Notes: generated from the letters alone by a model not told the origin. 64,000 bases of DNA from an uncultured Spiribacter sp. (GCA_913056145.1 CAJXMI010000001.1:813-64812); one strand, 5' to 3'; positions 21,879 to 32,519 are shown, counted from the stretch's first letter. Program-made: numbers and translations.

Positions 21879-22310
21879 ATGACCGACAAGGCTTCCCTTC
21901 CCGTTAGAGGAATCCAGCCGTACCAGCCCGCCGAGGGTGAGGAGTACATGAACGAGGCGCAGCTGGAGCATTTCATGGCCATCCTTGAGGCCTGGAAAAA
22001 GCAGCTGCAGGAAGAGGTGGAGCGCACGGTCAGTCACATGCGTGACGACGCCAACCACTATGCGGATCCCGCCGACCGCGCGACGCAGGAGGAGGAGTTT
22101 GCACTCGAGCTCCGCACCCGGGACCGCGAGCGCAAGCTCATCCGCAAGATCGACCAGACCATGAACCGCATCCACAAGGACGATTACGGGTTCTGTGAGC
22201 AGTGCGGGGTCGAGATTGGTCTCCGCCGACTCGAGGCGCGCCCCACGGCCACGCTCTGCGTCGACTGCAAGACCCTTGAGGAGCTCAAGGAAAAGCAGCG
22301 CGTCGCCTGA
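21879..22310 (+). CDS. dksA: RNA polymerase-binding factor DksA
   Basis: DPADRA coiled-coil tip; CEQC...CVDC zinc finger. Confidence 0.96.
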   Translation: MTDKASLPVRGIQPYQPAEGEEYMNEAQLEHFMAILEAWKKQLQEEVERTVSHMRDDANHYADPADRATQEEEFALELRTRDRERKLIRKIDQTMNRIHKDDYGFCEQCGVEIGLRRLEARPTATLCVDCKTLEELKEKQRVA

Positions 22311-22321
22311 CGCGGCCGCGC

Positions 22322-23410
22322 TCAGGCGTCGGCCGCCAGGGCGGCCAGCTGGTCGGCCTGATACTCGCTCAGCAGCGGGTCGATGATTGGATCGAGATGC
22401 CCCATCAGCACCTCCTCGAGCTTGTAGAGCGTGAGGTTGATGCGGTGGTCGGTTACGCGGCCCTGCGGAAAGTTATAGGTCCGGATGCGCTCCGAGCGAT
22501 CTCCGCTGCCCACCAGCAGGCGTCGCGTGGCGCTGCGCTCGCTGATTGCCGCCTCCCGTTCGGCGTCCATGAGCCGGGCCTGCAACAGCCCCAGCGCCTT
22601 GGCGCGGTTTTTGTGCTGTGAGCGCTCGTCCTGGCATTCCACCACGACGCCGGTGGGCAGATGCGTCACGCGGACGGCCGAATCGGTTTTGTTGACGTGC
22701 TGGCCACCGGCGCCCGACGCGCGAAAGGTGTCGATGCGCAGGTCGGCCGTGTTGACCTCGATTTCGTCCACCTCCGCCGCCTCGGGCAGAACCGCCACCG
22801 TGCAGGCCGAGGTATGAATCCGCCCCTGCGATTCAGTGGCCGGCACCCGCTGTACGCGGTGCGCGCCCGATTCAAATTTTAGCCGCGAGTACACCTGCTC
22901 GCCCGCTATGCGGGCGACCACCTCGCGATAGCCGCCCTGTTCGCCCTCGCTCTCGCTGATGATCTCGGTTCGCCAGCCACGGCTCTCGGCGTAGCGCAGG
23001 TACATTCGCAGCAGGTCGCCGGCAAACAGAGCCGCCTCGTCGCCTCCCGTGCCGGCACGAATCTCGAGGTAGGTGTTGCGGGCGTCGTTCGGGTCTTCCG
23101 GCAGCATGAGGATCTTGAGTTCACCCTCAAGCTCGGCAAGATGCTCACGCGCGCTGGCCGCCTCGTCTTCTCCCAGGTCGCGCAGGTCACTGTCGCTCCC
23201 GGCCAGCATTTCCTCGGCCGCGTCGAGGTCGGCCTCGGCTGTTTCAAAAGCGGCCATGGTCCGGATGAGCGGCTCGAGCCTGGCGTACTCGCGGGACAGG
23301 GCGGTAAAACGGCCCGTATCGGCGATGACCGCTGCATCGGCCAGCAGGCCCTCGATTTCCTGGTGGCGCTCAACGAGCTTTTCGAGCTTGCGGCGCAAAT
23401 TGTCATTCAT
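22322..23410 (-). CDS. prfA: Peptide chain release factor 1
   Basis: PAT anticodon-like motif, [12 protein letters not shown]. Confidence 0.97.
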   Translation of the reverse strand: MNDNLRRKLEKLVERHQEIEGLLADAAVIADTGRFTALSREYARLEPLIRTMAAFETAEADLDAAEEMLAGSDSDLRDLGEDEAASAREHLAELEGELKILMLPEDPNDARNTYLEIRAGTGGDEAALFAGDLLRMYLRYAESRGWRTEIISESEGEQGGYREVVARIAGEQVYSRLKFESGAHRVQRVPATESQGRIHTSACTVAVLPEAAEVDEIEVNTADLRIDTFRASGAGGQHVNKTDSAVRVTHLPTGVVVECQDERSQHKNRAKALGLLQARLMDAEREAAISERSATRRLLVGSGDRSERIRTYNFPQGRVTDHRINLTLYKLEEVLMGHLDPIIDPLLSEYQADQLAALAADA

Positions 23411-24683
23411 GGGGTGTGTCGTCTTCGCTGTCATCCATGCCCAGCAGGCGATGGCTTTGATAAATGATGTCGGGGTCGCCGCTGCGAGCGGCCTGGCGCA
23501 GGCCCATCGTGGGGGCGTGCAGGAGCTTCCGGGTCAGGCGGTGGGCCAGCTGCTCGATAACGTCGGCGGCATCATGGCCGGCGTCGAGCTGCCGTCTGGC
23601 CTGGGCCAGGGCCTCGTCGCGATCACGCTCGCCCGTCTGGCGAAACCGTCGAATGGCGCCCACGGCATCGAGCGTTCGCACCCAGTCCATGAACACATCG
23701 GCCTGCTCGGCAACGATGCCCTCGGCGTCGTCGGCCGCGGCTGCCCGGGATCGACGCCCCTGTTCTATAACGTCACGCAGGTCATCCACGGTGTACAAAT
23801 AGACATCCGAGAGGCGCTCGACGCTTGCCTCAATGTCGCGCGGGACCGCCAGGTCCACCATGAAACAGGGCTGGTGGCGGCGTTTCCGCATGGCAGCCCG
23901 AACAGTCTCCCGGGTCAGGATGGCGCTGTCGCTTGCCGTGCAGCTCACGATAATGTCGGCCTGCGGCAGGGCCGTGGCGAGCTCTGCGAGCGGCAGTGCC
24001 TGTCCGCGGCACTGGGCCGCGATCCGCTCGGCGCGATCGAGGCTGCGGTTGGCAACGCTGATCCCCGTCATGCCCTGTTCCTGGAAATGCCGCGCCGTGA
24101 GCTCGATCATTTCACCGGCGCCGATCAAAAGCGCGTGCCGCGGGCCAAGATCGCCAAAGATCTGTCGGGCCAGGGTAACCGCCGCATAGGCCACGGATAC
24201 CGGGTGGGCCCCGATCGCGGTCTCGGTGCGCACCCGCTTGGCCACTGAAAACGCATGCTGGAAGAGCCGCTGTAGAATCTGCCCGAGCAGACTGGCGCGT
24301 GCGGCGGAGTGATAGGCGATCTTTGCCTGTCCAAGAATCTGTGGCTCGCCGAGTACCAGCGAGTCGAGACCGGCGGCCACCCGAAGCAGGTGGCGCACGG
24401 CGGCATGGCCTTCGAGCTGATACAGATGCGGTGTGAGCCAGTCGCTATCCAGGGCCTGCTCGGTCTCGAGCCAGCGCTGCAGGATGGCCGGGGTGGCCTC
24501 CGGTGCCAGCACGGCGTAGACCTCGGTGCGGTTGCACGTCGACACCACGGCGGCTTCGCGCACGCCGGGGCGCTCGGCCAGCGCCGCAAGCGCGGGGTCA
24601 AGCCGCTCGGGTGCAAACACCACGCGTTCGCGAACCGCAAGAGGTGCTGACTTGTGATTGAGACCCAGACAGACGACAGGCAT
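23403..24683 (-). CDS. hemA: Glutamyl-tRNA reductase
   Basis: [30 protein letters not shown]. Confidence 0.97.
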   Translation of the reverse strand: MPVVCLGLNHKSAPLAVRERVVFAPERLDPALAALAERPGVREAAVVSTCNRTEVYAVLAPEATPAILQRWLETEQALDSDWLTPHLYQLEGHAAVRHLLRVAAGLDSLVLGEPQILGQAKIAYHSAARASLLGQILQRLFQHAFSVAKRVRTETAIGAHPVSVAYAAVTLARQIFGDLGPRHALLIGAGEMIELTARHFQEQGMTGISVANRSLDRAERIAAQCRGQALPLAELATALPQADIIVSCTASDSAILTRETVRAAMRKRRHQPCFMVDLAVPRDIEASVERLSDVYLYTVDDLRDVIEQGRRSRAAAADDAEGIVAEQADVFMDWVRTLDAVGAIRRFRQTGERDRDEALAQARRQLDAGHDAADVIEQLAHRLTRKLLHAPTMGLRQAARSGDPDIIYQSHRLLGMDDSEDDTPHE

Positions 24684-24754
24684 TGGGATCCGGTTGCTGA
24701 AACATGGCAGATTGTCGGGCAGCACTGCCTTCAGACCCGTATAGTAAGGCCTTC

Positions 24755-26320
24755 ATGAGCAGTTTCGCTAACCGGCCGGCAAAAAACCCGGCGCTGCGGC
24801 CCCTGCACGCGGCGTGGGTGCCTGTGTTGCTACTGATTCTGGTTATTGCCGGTTGTGCACCCGGCCGCGCGCCGATGGGCATACCGGGGGAGCGTGCCGA
24901 CACCCGCGTCGAGGCGGTCCCAATGGCGGCGGACAGCCGCCAGCAAAGTATTCTCACCGAGATCATCGCGGCCGAGCTGGCCGCGGCGCGGGGCCGTTTT
25001 GAGGCGGCCAGTGAGCGGTATGCGCAGGCCGCCCGGCAGTCGCGTGATCCGGCCGTTACAGCCCGGGCGCTCGAGCTTGCCATGCTGGCACAGCAGCCGG
25101 ACCGGGCCCTCGCGCTTGCCGAGCGCTGGGTGGCCATTGCCCCGGAAAGCGTCGAGGCCGCGCAGGTGCTGGCGGTCATGCAGCTGCGTCGAGGTCGGCT
25201 GGAGGCTGCCCGGGACACCGTGCTGGCCGGCCTCCCCGTTGAGCGTCCCGCGCGGGAGGCGGCAATCGCGCGCCTTGGTGCGGTTTTGCTGGCGCAGTTT
25301 CCGGGCCGCGACGGCCTTGCGCTGATGCAGGCGGTTACCGATGCCCGTCCGGCTTCAGCGGCGGCCCAGTTGGCCCTGGCCCGGCTTGCCCTGGCCCGTG
25401 AGGCGCTGGGTCGCGCGCATGATGCCGTGGACCGTGCGCTTGCACAGCGGCCCGAGTGGACCGCCGCACGGTTGCTGCAGGCGGATATTCTGCTTGCCGA
25501 GGGTGAGGGGGATGCGGCCCTGGCCATTCTTGAGGGGCTGCTCGAGCAGGCGCCCGACAATCAGGCGCTGCGCAGCGAATATGCCGGGCTCCTGGCGCAG
25601 CTGGGGCGCGACGCCGAGGCACTCACTCAGTACCGTGCGTTGCTGGCGGCCGGTGAGACCGGCCGCCGGGCGCTGACTACCGGGGCGGTACTCGCCATTG
25701 AAGCGGAGGACTGGCAGCTGGCCGGCGAGCTGCTGGACAGGCTGCGCACGGCGCATCCCGACCTGGGGGTGCGGGCCTATCTGCTCGAGGCCGACATGCT
25801 TCGCAGCCAGCAGCGGTATACGCGCAGCATTGCGCTGTTCGACACGGCCCTCGAGACCTACCCCGGGAATGTGGATTTGCGCTATGGCCGTGCACTGAGC
25901 CGCATACTGGCGGGCAGGACCAAGGGTGGCGTAGCCGAGCTGCGCGGCCTGGTCGACGCTCAGCCCGACAATCCGCGCTACTTGAATGCATTGGGCTACA
26001 CACTGGTCGACGAGACCGCGCAAATCGAGGAAGGGGCGGCGTTGATCCGTCGCGCCCATGAGCTGGCTCCGGATGATCCTGCGGTCATCGACAGCATGGG
26101 CTGGGCGGCCTATCGCCTCGGGCGGATGGAGGAGGCGCTCGAGTATCTGCGCGAGGCCCATGCGCGCAGTGACGGTGATGCCGAGATCGCCGCACATCTC
26201 GGCGAGGTGCTCTGGGTGCTGGGGCAAAAGCGCGAGGCACGCCAGGTCTGGGCGGCCGCGCGCGCCACCGCCCCTGATCACCCGGTGCTGCTGGAAACCC
26301 TGGAGCGCTTGCAGCCATGA
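24755..26320 (+). CDS. Tetratricopeptide repeat lipoprotein
   Basis: Lipobox IAGC; LNALGY, DSMGW, EIAAHLGEVLW TPR motifs; conserved position between hemA and lolB. Confidence 0.85.
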   Translation: MSSFANRPAKNPALRPLHAAWVPVLLLILVIAGCAPGRAPMGIPGERADTRVEAVPMAADSRQQSILTEIIAAELAAARGRFEAASERYAQAARQSRDPAVTARALELAMLAQQPDRALALAERWVAIAPESVEAAQVLAVMQLRRGRLEAARDTVLAGLPVERPAREAAIARLGAVLLAQFPGRDGLALMQAVTDARPASAAAQLALARLALAREALGRAHDAVDRALAQRPEWTAARLLQADILLAEGEGDAALAILEGLLEQAPDNQALRSEYAGLLAQLGRDAEALTQYRALLAAGETGRRALTTGAVLAIEAEDWQLAGELLDRLRTAHPDLGVRAYLLEADMLRSQQRYTRSIALFDTALETYPGNVDLRYGRALSRILAGRTKGGVAELRGLVDAQPDNPRYLNALGYTLVDETAQIEEGAALIRRAHELAPDDPAVIDSMGWAAYRLGRMEEALEYLREAHARSDGDAEIAAHLGEVLWVLGQKREARQVWAAARATAPDHPVLLETLERLQP

Positions 26321-26919
26321 GACGCGCGGCGCTACTCATGGCGGTCATGCTGCTGGGGCTGGCGGGTTGCGCCGTGCAGCCACCGGCACCTGATGCCGTG
26401 GGCGACTGGCAGGCCATCAATGCCTGGCAGGCACCGGCGGCGCCCGCGCACTGGCGGCTTGAGGGCCGGGTCTCGCTGCGCATCGATAACCGCGCTGCGA
26501 CGGCCGGCATTCGCTGGCGCGAGACCGGATCGGGTTACCGCATCGACCTGCGGGGAGCGCTGGGTGCCGGGCGCTTGCGCGTGCTTGGAACCGGCGCTGG
26601 CGTCACGCTGATTACCGCCGATGGAAAGCGGCATGAGGCTGACAGCCCGGCGGAGCTGGTGCGTGCGGTTACCGGCTATGAACTCCCGGTGGCATTTCTG
26701 CGCTGGTGGGTTGTCGGCCAGCCGGTGCCCTGGCTGCCGGGCCGGGTGCGGGCGGATAACGCCGGCCGTGCGAGTCAGCTCGAACAGGCGGGATGGCAGA
26801 TTCGTTATGGCGATGGCGTTGTCGCCGACGGGTATCCGCTGCCAGGTCGCATTGAGGTCCGTCGCGACGGTGTCGCGGTGCGAGTCGCCGTCCGCGATTG
26901 GATATCACTGCCGGAATGA
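26317..26919 (+). CDS. lolB: Outer membrane lipoprotein receptor LolB
   Basis: Lipobox LAGC, LPV..L.WW..G, GW.I.Y; upstream of ispE. Confidence 0.9.
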   Translation: MRRAALLMAVMLLGLAGCAVQPPAPDAVGDWQAINAWQAPAAPAHWRLEGRVSLRIDNRAATAGIRWRETGSGYRIDLRGALGAGRLRVLGTGAGVTLITADGKRHEADSPAELVRAVTGYELPVAFLRWWVVGQPVPWLPGRVRADNAGRASQLEQAGWQIRYGDGVVADGYPLPGRIEVRRDGVAVRVAVRDWISLPE

Positions 26920-27761
26920 CGTGGTCATGTGACTGGCCCGCTCCGGCCAAGATCAATCGCTTTTTGCACATCGTGGGCCGCCGGGCGGACGGCTATCACT
27001 GCCTGCAGACGCTGTTCCAGTTTGTCGAGCCCGCGGACCGGCTGGATTTTGCCGTGACCGATGCGCCTGACATTGCGCGCGAGGGTGGCCTGGCAGATCT
27101 GGCACCCGAGGCGGACCTGGCGGTGCGCGCCGCCAGCGTGCTTCAACACGCAGCGGGCGTGCGCCGCGGCGTGCGGATCCGGCTTGAAAAGCGGATTCCG
27201 GCGGGCGGCGGCCTGGGTGGGGGCAGCTCGGATGCGGCCACCGTGCTGGTCGCCCTCAACAAGCTCTGGGCCTGCGGTCTAGATGCATCCCAGCTGGGCA
27301 CACTGGCGGTGGAGCTGGGTGCGGACGTGCCCGTTTTTATCCGCGGGCGCGCGGCATGGGCCGAGGGGATTGGCGATGAACTCACCCCGGTGGTGGCGGA
27401 CGAGCCCTGGTTGGTGCTGGCCGACCCCGGTGTTGCCGTTAATACGGGCGCGGTGTTTCGTGACGCCAAATTGACACGTCAGAGTGCCCATATAACAATA
27501 CGCGACCTTGAAGCCGGGGCCGCAGGGAACGACTGCGAGGCAGTTGTGAGGCGAATGCATCCGGCGGTGGGACGGGCGCTCGATATCCTGGGGGAACACG
27601 GGCCAGTCAGGCTGACAGGCACCGGGGGGTGTCTGTTCGGCCGGTTCGACAGCCGGGCCGCCGCAAATGCAGCGGCAGCGGCAGTCGGCGCGCGTCTGCG
27701 GACCTGGGTATGCCAGGCCCGTAATCGCTCGCCACTGCTCGACCGCCTGCGGGCCGAATGA
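26916..27761 (+). CDS. ispE: 4-diphosphocytidyl-2C-methyl-D-erythritol kinase
   Basis: PAPAKIN, GGLGGGSSDAA, LGADVP. Confidence 0.96.
   Translation: MTWSCDWPAPAKINRFLHIVGRRADGYHCLQTLFQFVEPADRLDFAVTDAPDIAREGGLADLAPEADLAVRAASVLQHAAGVRRGVRIRLEKRIPAGGGLGGGSSDAATVLVALNKLWACGLDASQLGTLAVELGADVPVFIRGRAAWAEGIGDELTPVVADEPWLVLADPGVAVNTGAVFRDAKLTRQSAHITIRDLEAGAAGNDCEAVVRRMHPAVGRALDILGEHGPVRLTGTGGCLFGRFDSRAAANAAAAAVGARLRTWVCQARNRSPLLDRLRAE
27471..27499 (+). promoter_or_regulatory. Candidate sigma70 promoter inside ispE for tRNA-Gln/prs
   Basis: TTGACA-N17-AACAAT, coinciding with a local run of AT-rich codons. Confidence 0.45.
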
Positions 27762-27771
27762 CCTTGACAAC

Positions 27772-27846
27772 TGGGGCGTAGCCAAGCGGTAAGGCACGGG
27801 GTTTTGATCCCCGGATGCGCAGGTTCGAATCCTGCCGCCCCAGCCA
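27772..27846 (+). tRNA. tRNA-Gln (TTG)
   Basis: TGGGGCG acceptor, anticodon arm CGGGG-TTTTGAT-CCCCG, GGTTCGAATCC T-arm, encoded CCA. Confidence 0.97.
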
Positions 27847-27880
27847 TTTTTTTCAGCAGCGATCGCAGGGTGCCGCCGCG

Positions 27881-28834
27881 ATGGAAAACGGAAGCATGAT
27901 GGTGTTCTCGGGGAACGCCAACCCCGCGCTGGCCCGCGCCGTGGCCTCACACCTCAAGATCCGCCTGGGTGATGCCCTGGTAACGGGGTTCAGTGACGGC
28001 GAGGTGCAGGTCGAGATCAACGAGCATGTCCGCGGGCATGACGTGTTCATCATCCAGCCCACCTGCGCACCCACCAACGACAACCTGATGGAGCTGCTGG
28101 TTATCGCCGATGCGCTGCGGCGCTCGTCGGCGGCACGGATCACGGCCGTGATTCCCTACTACGGCTATGCGCGCCAGGACCGACGGCCGCGCTCGCAGCG
28201 CGTGCCCATCACCGCCAAGCTGGCGGCCGACATGATCACCACGGCCGGTATCAACCGCGTGGTCACCGTCGACCTGCATGCCGATCAGATCCAGGGCTTT
28301 TTCAACATACCGGTCGACAATGTCTATGCCTCGCCGGTGTTGCTGGGCGACATCTGGCGACAGACCCACCCCGAGAAAATCGTGGTCTCGCCCGATGTCG
28401 GCGGGGTCCTGCGGGCGCGGGCGGTGGCCCGGCGCCTCGACAATGCCGATCTGGCCATCATTGACAAGCGCCGTCCGCGTGCCAATGAGCTCGAGGTCAT
28501 GAACATCATCGGCGATGTGCGGGACAAGACCTGCATCATTGTGGATGACATCATCGACACGGCCGGGACGCTATGCCAGGCCGCCATGGCACTCAAGGAG
28601 CGTGGCGCCGGCAAGGTGGTGGCCTACATCACGCATCCGGTGCTCTCTGGCCCGGCCATCGAGCGCCTTGATAACAGCCATCTGGACGAGCTGGTGGTCA
28701 CCGACAGCATCCCGCTGTCCGAGCCGGCCCGCGCCTGTAGCCGAATTCGCCAGCTATCGCTGGCGGAAATGCTTGCCGAGACCATGCGGCGAGTAAACAA
28801 CGACGAGTCGGTCAGCGAGTTGTTCGTCGACTGA
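27881..28834 (+). CDS. prs: Ribose-phosphate pyrophosphokinase
   Basis: [33 protein letters not shown]. Confidence 0.97.
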   Translation: MENGSMMVFSGNANPALARAVASHLKIRLGDALVTGFSDGEVQVEINEHVRGHDVFIIQPTCAPTNDNLMELLVIADALRRSSAARITAVIPYYGYARQDRRPRSQRVPITAKLAADMITTAGINRVVTVDLHADQIQGFFNIPVDNVYASPVLLGDIWRQTHPEKIVVSPDVGGVLRARAVARRLDNADLAIIDKRRPRANELEVMNIIGDVRDKTCIIVDDIIDTAGTLCQAAMALKERGAGKVVAYITHPVLSGPAIERLDNSHLDELVVTDSIPLSEPARACSRIRQLSLAEMLAETMRRVNNDESVSELFVD

Positions 28835-28883
28835 CGTCTGCACAGCCCCTGGTCGCGGGGGTAACAACGGAGAAGCAAACGCA

Positions 28884-29555
28884 ATGAGTGTTGAACTGAA
28901 ACTGGATGCCACTGTTCGCAGTGACCAGGGCAAGGGTGCGAGCCGCCGCCTGCGTCGTGCGAAGCAGATTCCCGGCATTCTCTATGGTGCCGGCAAACAA
29001 CCGGCCTCGCTCACCTTTGACGAGGAGCAGGTCCTGCGCCTGATGCGCGAGGAGGCCTTCTTCTCGCAGATCCTCGACGTGAAGGTAAAGGGCAAGCGCA
29101 CCGAAAAGGCGATTCTCAAGGACCTGCAGCGCCATCCCTTCAAGCCGCTGGTCACGCACATGGATCTGCTGCGGATCAAGGCCGGCGAGAAGATGCGCCA
29201 GAACGTCCCCATCCATTTCCTCAATCAGGAAGAGTCGAAGGGCGTCAAGCTGGGGAGCGGTGTCGTGCATCACGACGCCATCGAAGTCGAGGTGGAATGC
29301 CTGCCAGATGACCTGCCGGCGGCCATTGACATTGACATCATCGAGCTCGATGTGGGCAGTTCGCTGCATCTGTCGGACGTGACGCCGCCCGAGGGTGTGA
29401 GCTTCCCCGGTCTCGACCCCGAGACCGACCACGATCCGGTACTGGTCAGTATCCATGCCCCCCGCAAGGCCGTTGAAGAGGGCGAGGATGGCGAGGAGGC
29501 CGCAGGCGGCGAGGCTGATGGCTCTGCCGAGGGCGGCAACGGCGAAGAGGGCTGA
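28884..29555 (+). CDS. rplY: 50S ribosomal protein L25/Ctc
   Basis: GKGASRRLRR..IPGILYG, QRHPFK; acidic C-terminal tail. Confidence 0.96.
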   Translation: MSVELKLDATVRSDQGKGASRRLRRAKQIPGILYGAGKQPASLTFDEEQVLRLMREEAFFSQILDVKVKGKRTEKAILKDLQRHPFKPLVTHMDLLRIKAGEKMRQNVPIHFLNQEESKGVKLGSGVVHHDAIEVEVECLPDDLPAAIDIDIIELDVGSSLHLSDVTPPEGVSFPGLDPETDHDPVLVSIHAPRKAVEEGEDGEEAAGGEADGSAEGGNGEEG

Positions 29556-29581
29556 GCCCCGCGGCCGGGCCGTCTGCTGTC

Positions 29582-30166
29582 ATGCGCACCCCGCCGGTGC
29601 AACTGATCGTTGGCCTGGGCAACCCCGGGGCCAAATACACCGGAACCCGGCACAACGCCGGGTTCTGGTTTGTTGAGGCTCTGGCCGCCCGGGAACAGGT
29701 CGCGCTGCGCCCCGAGCGAAAGTTCTCCGGGGTGGCCGGGCGCTGGCGGGCCGGTTCCACTGATGTCCATCTGCTGTGTCCAACCACGTTCATGAACCAC
29801 AGCGGTCGGGCGGTCGCCGCGTTGGCCAGTTTTCATCGGATTGATCCGGCCGCCATTCTTGTCGTGCACGACGAGATCGACCTGCCGCCGGGTGCCGTGC
29901 GGCTCAAGCGCGACGGCGGGCACGGGGGCCATAATGGTCTGCGCGATATCATCGCGGCGCTTGGCACCCGCGAGTTCGCCCGCCTGCGTCTGGGGGTCGG
30001 GCATCCGGGGACGAGCGACCAGGTAATCGGGTATGTCCTGCATGCGCCCGGTCGGGCCGAGCGCAAGCAGATTGACGCCGCCATCGACGACACGCTGCGG
30101 GCTGTCCCCGACCTGATCGCGGGTCAGTGGGATCGGGCCCAGCAGCAACTGCACACACGAGGCTGA
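29582..30166 (+). CDS. pth: Peptidyl-tRNA hydrolase
   Basis: GLGNPG..Y..TRHNAG, HDEIDL, GGHNG. Confidence 0.97.
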   Translation: MRTPPVQLIVGLGNPGAKYTGTRHNAGFWFVEALAAREQVALRPERKFSGVAGRWRAGSTDVHLLCPTTFMNHSGRAVAALASFHRIDPAAILVVHDEIDLPPGAVRLKRDGGHGGHNGLRDIIAALGTREFARLRLGVGHPGTSDQVIGYVLHAPGRAERKQIDAAIDDTLRAVPDLIAGQWDRAQQQLHTRG

Positions 30167-30174
30167 GAGGCATC

Positions 30175-31266
30175 ATGGGCTTTAAATGCGGGATTGTCGG
30201 GTTACCCAATGTCGGCAAATCCACCCTGTTCAATGCGCTCACGCGCAACGAGATTCCGGCCGAGAACTATCCGTTCTGCACCATCGACCCGAATGTCGGT
30301 ATTGTGCCGGTGCCGGACCCGCGCCTGGATCAGCTGGCGGCGCTGGTCAAGCCCGAGAACGTGGTCCCCACGGCAATGGAGTTTGTCGATATTGCCGGGC
30401 TCGTGGCCGGTGCCTCGCGTGGTGAGGGTCTGGGCAACAAGTTTCTGGCCAATATCCGCGAGACCGACGCCATTGCCCATGTGGTCCGCTGCTTTGACAG
30501 CGAGGATGTGCACCATGTGGAGGGGCGGGTCGACCCCGTCGCCGACATCGAGACCATTAACACCGAGCTGTTACTGGCGGACATCGATACGGTTGAACGC
30601 GCGATCGAGCGTCATTCCCGGCGGGCCAAGTCGAACGACAAGGCGGCGATCGGCATGCGCGATGCGCTAAAGGCGATCGGTGCGCAGCTCGACGAGGGCG
30701 TGCCGGTGCGTGCCCAGACCCTTGACGATGCCGGTCACGAGGCGCTTGCCGAGCTGCACCTGCTTACCGCCAAGCCGGTGCTGTACGTGGCGAATGTCAC
30801 TGAGGAAGGCTTTACCGACAATCCGCAGCTGGCCGCGGTCGAGGCACTTGCCGAGCGCGAGGCTGCGGGGGTCGTGGCACTCTGCGCCGCCATCGAGGCG
30901 GAGCTGTCGCAGCTTGAGGCCGACGAGCAGGCCGAGCTGCTGGCGGCCTACGGGCTCGAGGAGCCGGGCCTCAACCGTCTGATCCGGCACGGGTACTCCC
31001 TGCTCGACCTGCTCACGTTCTTTACCGCCGGCCCCAAAGAGGTGCGGGCCTGGACCGTATCGCGCGGAGCGACCGCGCCGCAGGCCGCCGGCCGCATCCA
31101 TACCGATTTTGAGCGGGGCTTCATCCGCGCCGAGGTGATCGGGTTCGACGACTACACGGCGGCAGGCGGCGAGCAGGGTGCCAAGGAGGCCGGGCGCATG
31201 CGCCTGGAAGGCAAGGACTATGTGATGCAGGAGGGCGATGTCTGTCATTTTCGCTTCAACGTCTGA
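30175..31266 (+). CDS. ychF: Obg-family ATPase YchF
   Basis: [23 protein letters not shown]-terminal FRFNV. Confidence 0.97.
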   Translation: MGFKCGIVGLPNVGKSTLFNALTRNEIPAENYPFCTIDPNVGIVPVPDPRLDQLAALVKPENVVPTAMEFVDIAGLVAGASRGEGLGNKFLANIRETDAIAHVVRCFDSEDVHHVEGRVDPVADIETINTELLLADIDTVERAIERHSRRAKSNDKAAIGMRDALKAIGAQLDEGVPVRAQTLDDAGHEALAELHLLTAKPVLYVANVTEEGFTDNPQLAAVEALAEREAAGVVALCAAIEAELSQLEADEQAELLAAYGLEEPGLNRLIRHGYSLLDLLTFFTAGPKEVRAWTVSRGATAPQAAGRIHTDFERGFIRAEVIGFDDYTAAGGEQGAKEAGRMRLEGKDYVMQEGDVCHFRFNV

Positions 31267-31271
31267 GCGAT

Positions 31272-31300
31272 TTGACAGCGCCGCCCGCGCTCTGGATACT
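31272..31300 (+). promoter_or_regulatory. sigma70 promoter of tRNA-Met
   Basis: TTGACA-N17-GATACT ending 18 nt upstream of the tRNA. Confidence 0.7.
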
Positions 31301-31318
31301 TCGCGGTCTTGTCGCGAC

Positions 31319-31395
31319 GGCTACGTAGCTCAGCTGGTTAGAGCACATCACTCATAATGATGGGGTCGGTGGTTCGAATCCACCCGTAGCCACCA
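31319..31395 (+). tRNA. tRNA-Met (CAT), elongator type
   Basis: GGCTACG/CGTAGCC acceptor stem, anticodon loop CTCATAA, GGTTCGAATCC, encoded CCA. Confidence 0.95.
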
Positions 31396-31499
31396 CTTCC
31401 GACGGCCTACCAAAATCGGCTGAATTCCTTTGCAAGGCAGGCACTTGCACCGTTTTCTCGGGTCTTACTTCCGGTCCTTAAACAACCGGAGGGATTCCC

Positions 31500-32039
31500 A
31501 TGCAACGCGGCATATTCGTTTCTTCCCTGGCCCTCGCTGGCCTCCTCGCTACCGCCCCGGTAGCGGCCCGATCCGTAATTCATGATGCCTATCTGGGCGC
31601 GGGCGTGATGCCCTGGTCGTATGAGGGCGCGGGCGAGCGCGAGGAAGCGCTCGGCGGGCGTCTCATGGGGGGCGTTATGTTCACGGAGTATCTGGGTGTC
31701 GAGGCCCATTTCGGCTGGCTTGGCGAGGCGGACACCGACAGCCAGCGCACGGTTGAGCTCGACTCGGTGGACAGCGTGCTGGTGCGCCTTAATCGACCGG
31801 TCTCGGAGCGGCTTGATCTGTATGCTCTGGCCGGTTACTCGTCGGTACGGATGGTGATTCGGCCGCGTTTTGCCTCCGACAACGATGAATCCCCCAACGC
31901 CTCGAGCGTGAGCCTGGGGCTGGGCGCGCAGTACCGGGTGCAGGATGATCTGTCGGTGGGGCTGGACGCGATCAGCTATGCAAGCGATCCCGGGTTCGAC
32001 TTTCTGGCCCTGGGCGCCACGCTGCGCTGGCATTTCTGA
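31500..32039 (+). CDS. Small outer-membrane beta-barrel protein (OmpA-like transmembrane/porin family)
   Basis: Signal peptide, YLGAG, YLGVE, LYALAGYS, GLGAQY, C-terminal LRWHF Bam signal; GGAGG RBS. Confidence 0.8.
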   Translation: MQRGIFVSSLALAGLLATAPVAARSVIHDAYLGAGVMPWSYEGAGEREEALGGRLMGGVMFTEYLGVEAHFGWLGEADTDSQRTVELDSVDSVLVRLNRPVSERLDLYALAGYSSVRMVIRPRFASDNDESPNASSVSLGLGAQYRVQDDLSVGLDAISYASDPGFDFLALGATLRWHF

Positions 32040-32081
32040 ACCACCGGCCAAAATCCGGCAAGGGCCTGGATTGTACTGCCC

Positions 32082-32519
32082 TCAGCGCCGTACGGTGACG
32101 TCTACAGTCATCTGATCACCCTGCTGAATGATCTCGACGCCCATGCGGGTGCCAGGACGCTGTTCAATCCGGGCCTGATTGCTGTCGCCATGCTGGACGA
32201 TGCCCGCGGTCTGCGGGAGAAAGCCGAACTGCATGATGCGGGCAAGATTGCCAGTGCCGATCTGTTCGATCGACGCGTTGTGCTGGCGACCATGCTGCAG
32301 GACAAGGCCGCGATTGGTGTGACCGCGCTGGTGGATGGCTGCCATATGCCCAAAACCCTCCTGCTCGATCACGGCAAGATTACCCTCGCCTGCGGAAGGG
32401 CCTAGCAGATCGAGCTCGGGGGGTGCGAGGTCAGTAGTAGGCGGTCCGGCATGCGCGCTGGCAGCGAGGAGAAGCCCGAGCAGCATGAGCGCGCTGCAAA
32501 GACGGAATGGTTTGCTCAT
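32082..32519 (-). CDS. csgB: Minor curlin/nucleator, CsgB-like
   Basis: Signal peptide, then N.A.I.Q.G curlin repeats (about 4.5 x 22 aa) and a basic C-terminus VTVRR. Confidence 0.75.
   Translation of the reverse strand: MSKPFRLCSALMLLGLLLAASAHAGPPTTDLAPPELDLLGPSAGEGNLAVIEQEGFGHMAAIHQRGHTNRGLVLQHGRQHNASIEQIGTGNLARIMQFGFLPQTAGIVQHGDSNQARIEQRPGTRMGVEIIQQGDQMTVDVTVRR

Noticed and set aside
27764-27769. TTGACA immediately before tRNA-Gln
   Set aside because: Too close to the tRNA to act as its -35, and no matching -10 at the right spacing
31434-31449. sigma54-like AAGGCAGGCACTTGCA upstream of the barrel gene
   Set aside because: GG-N9-GC, one base short of the required spacing
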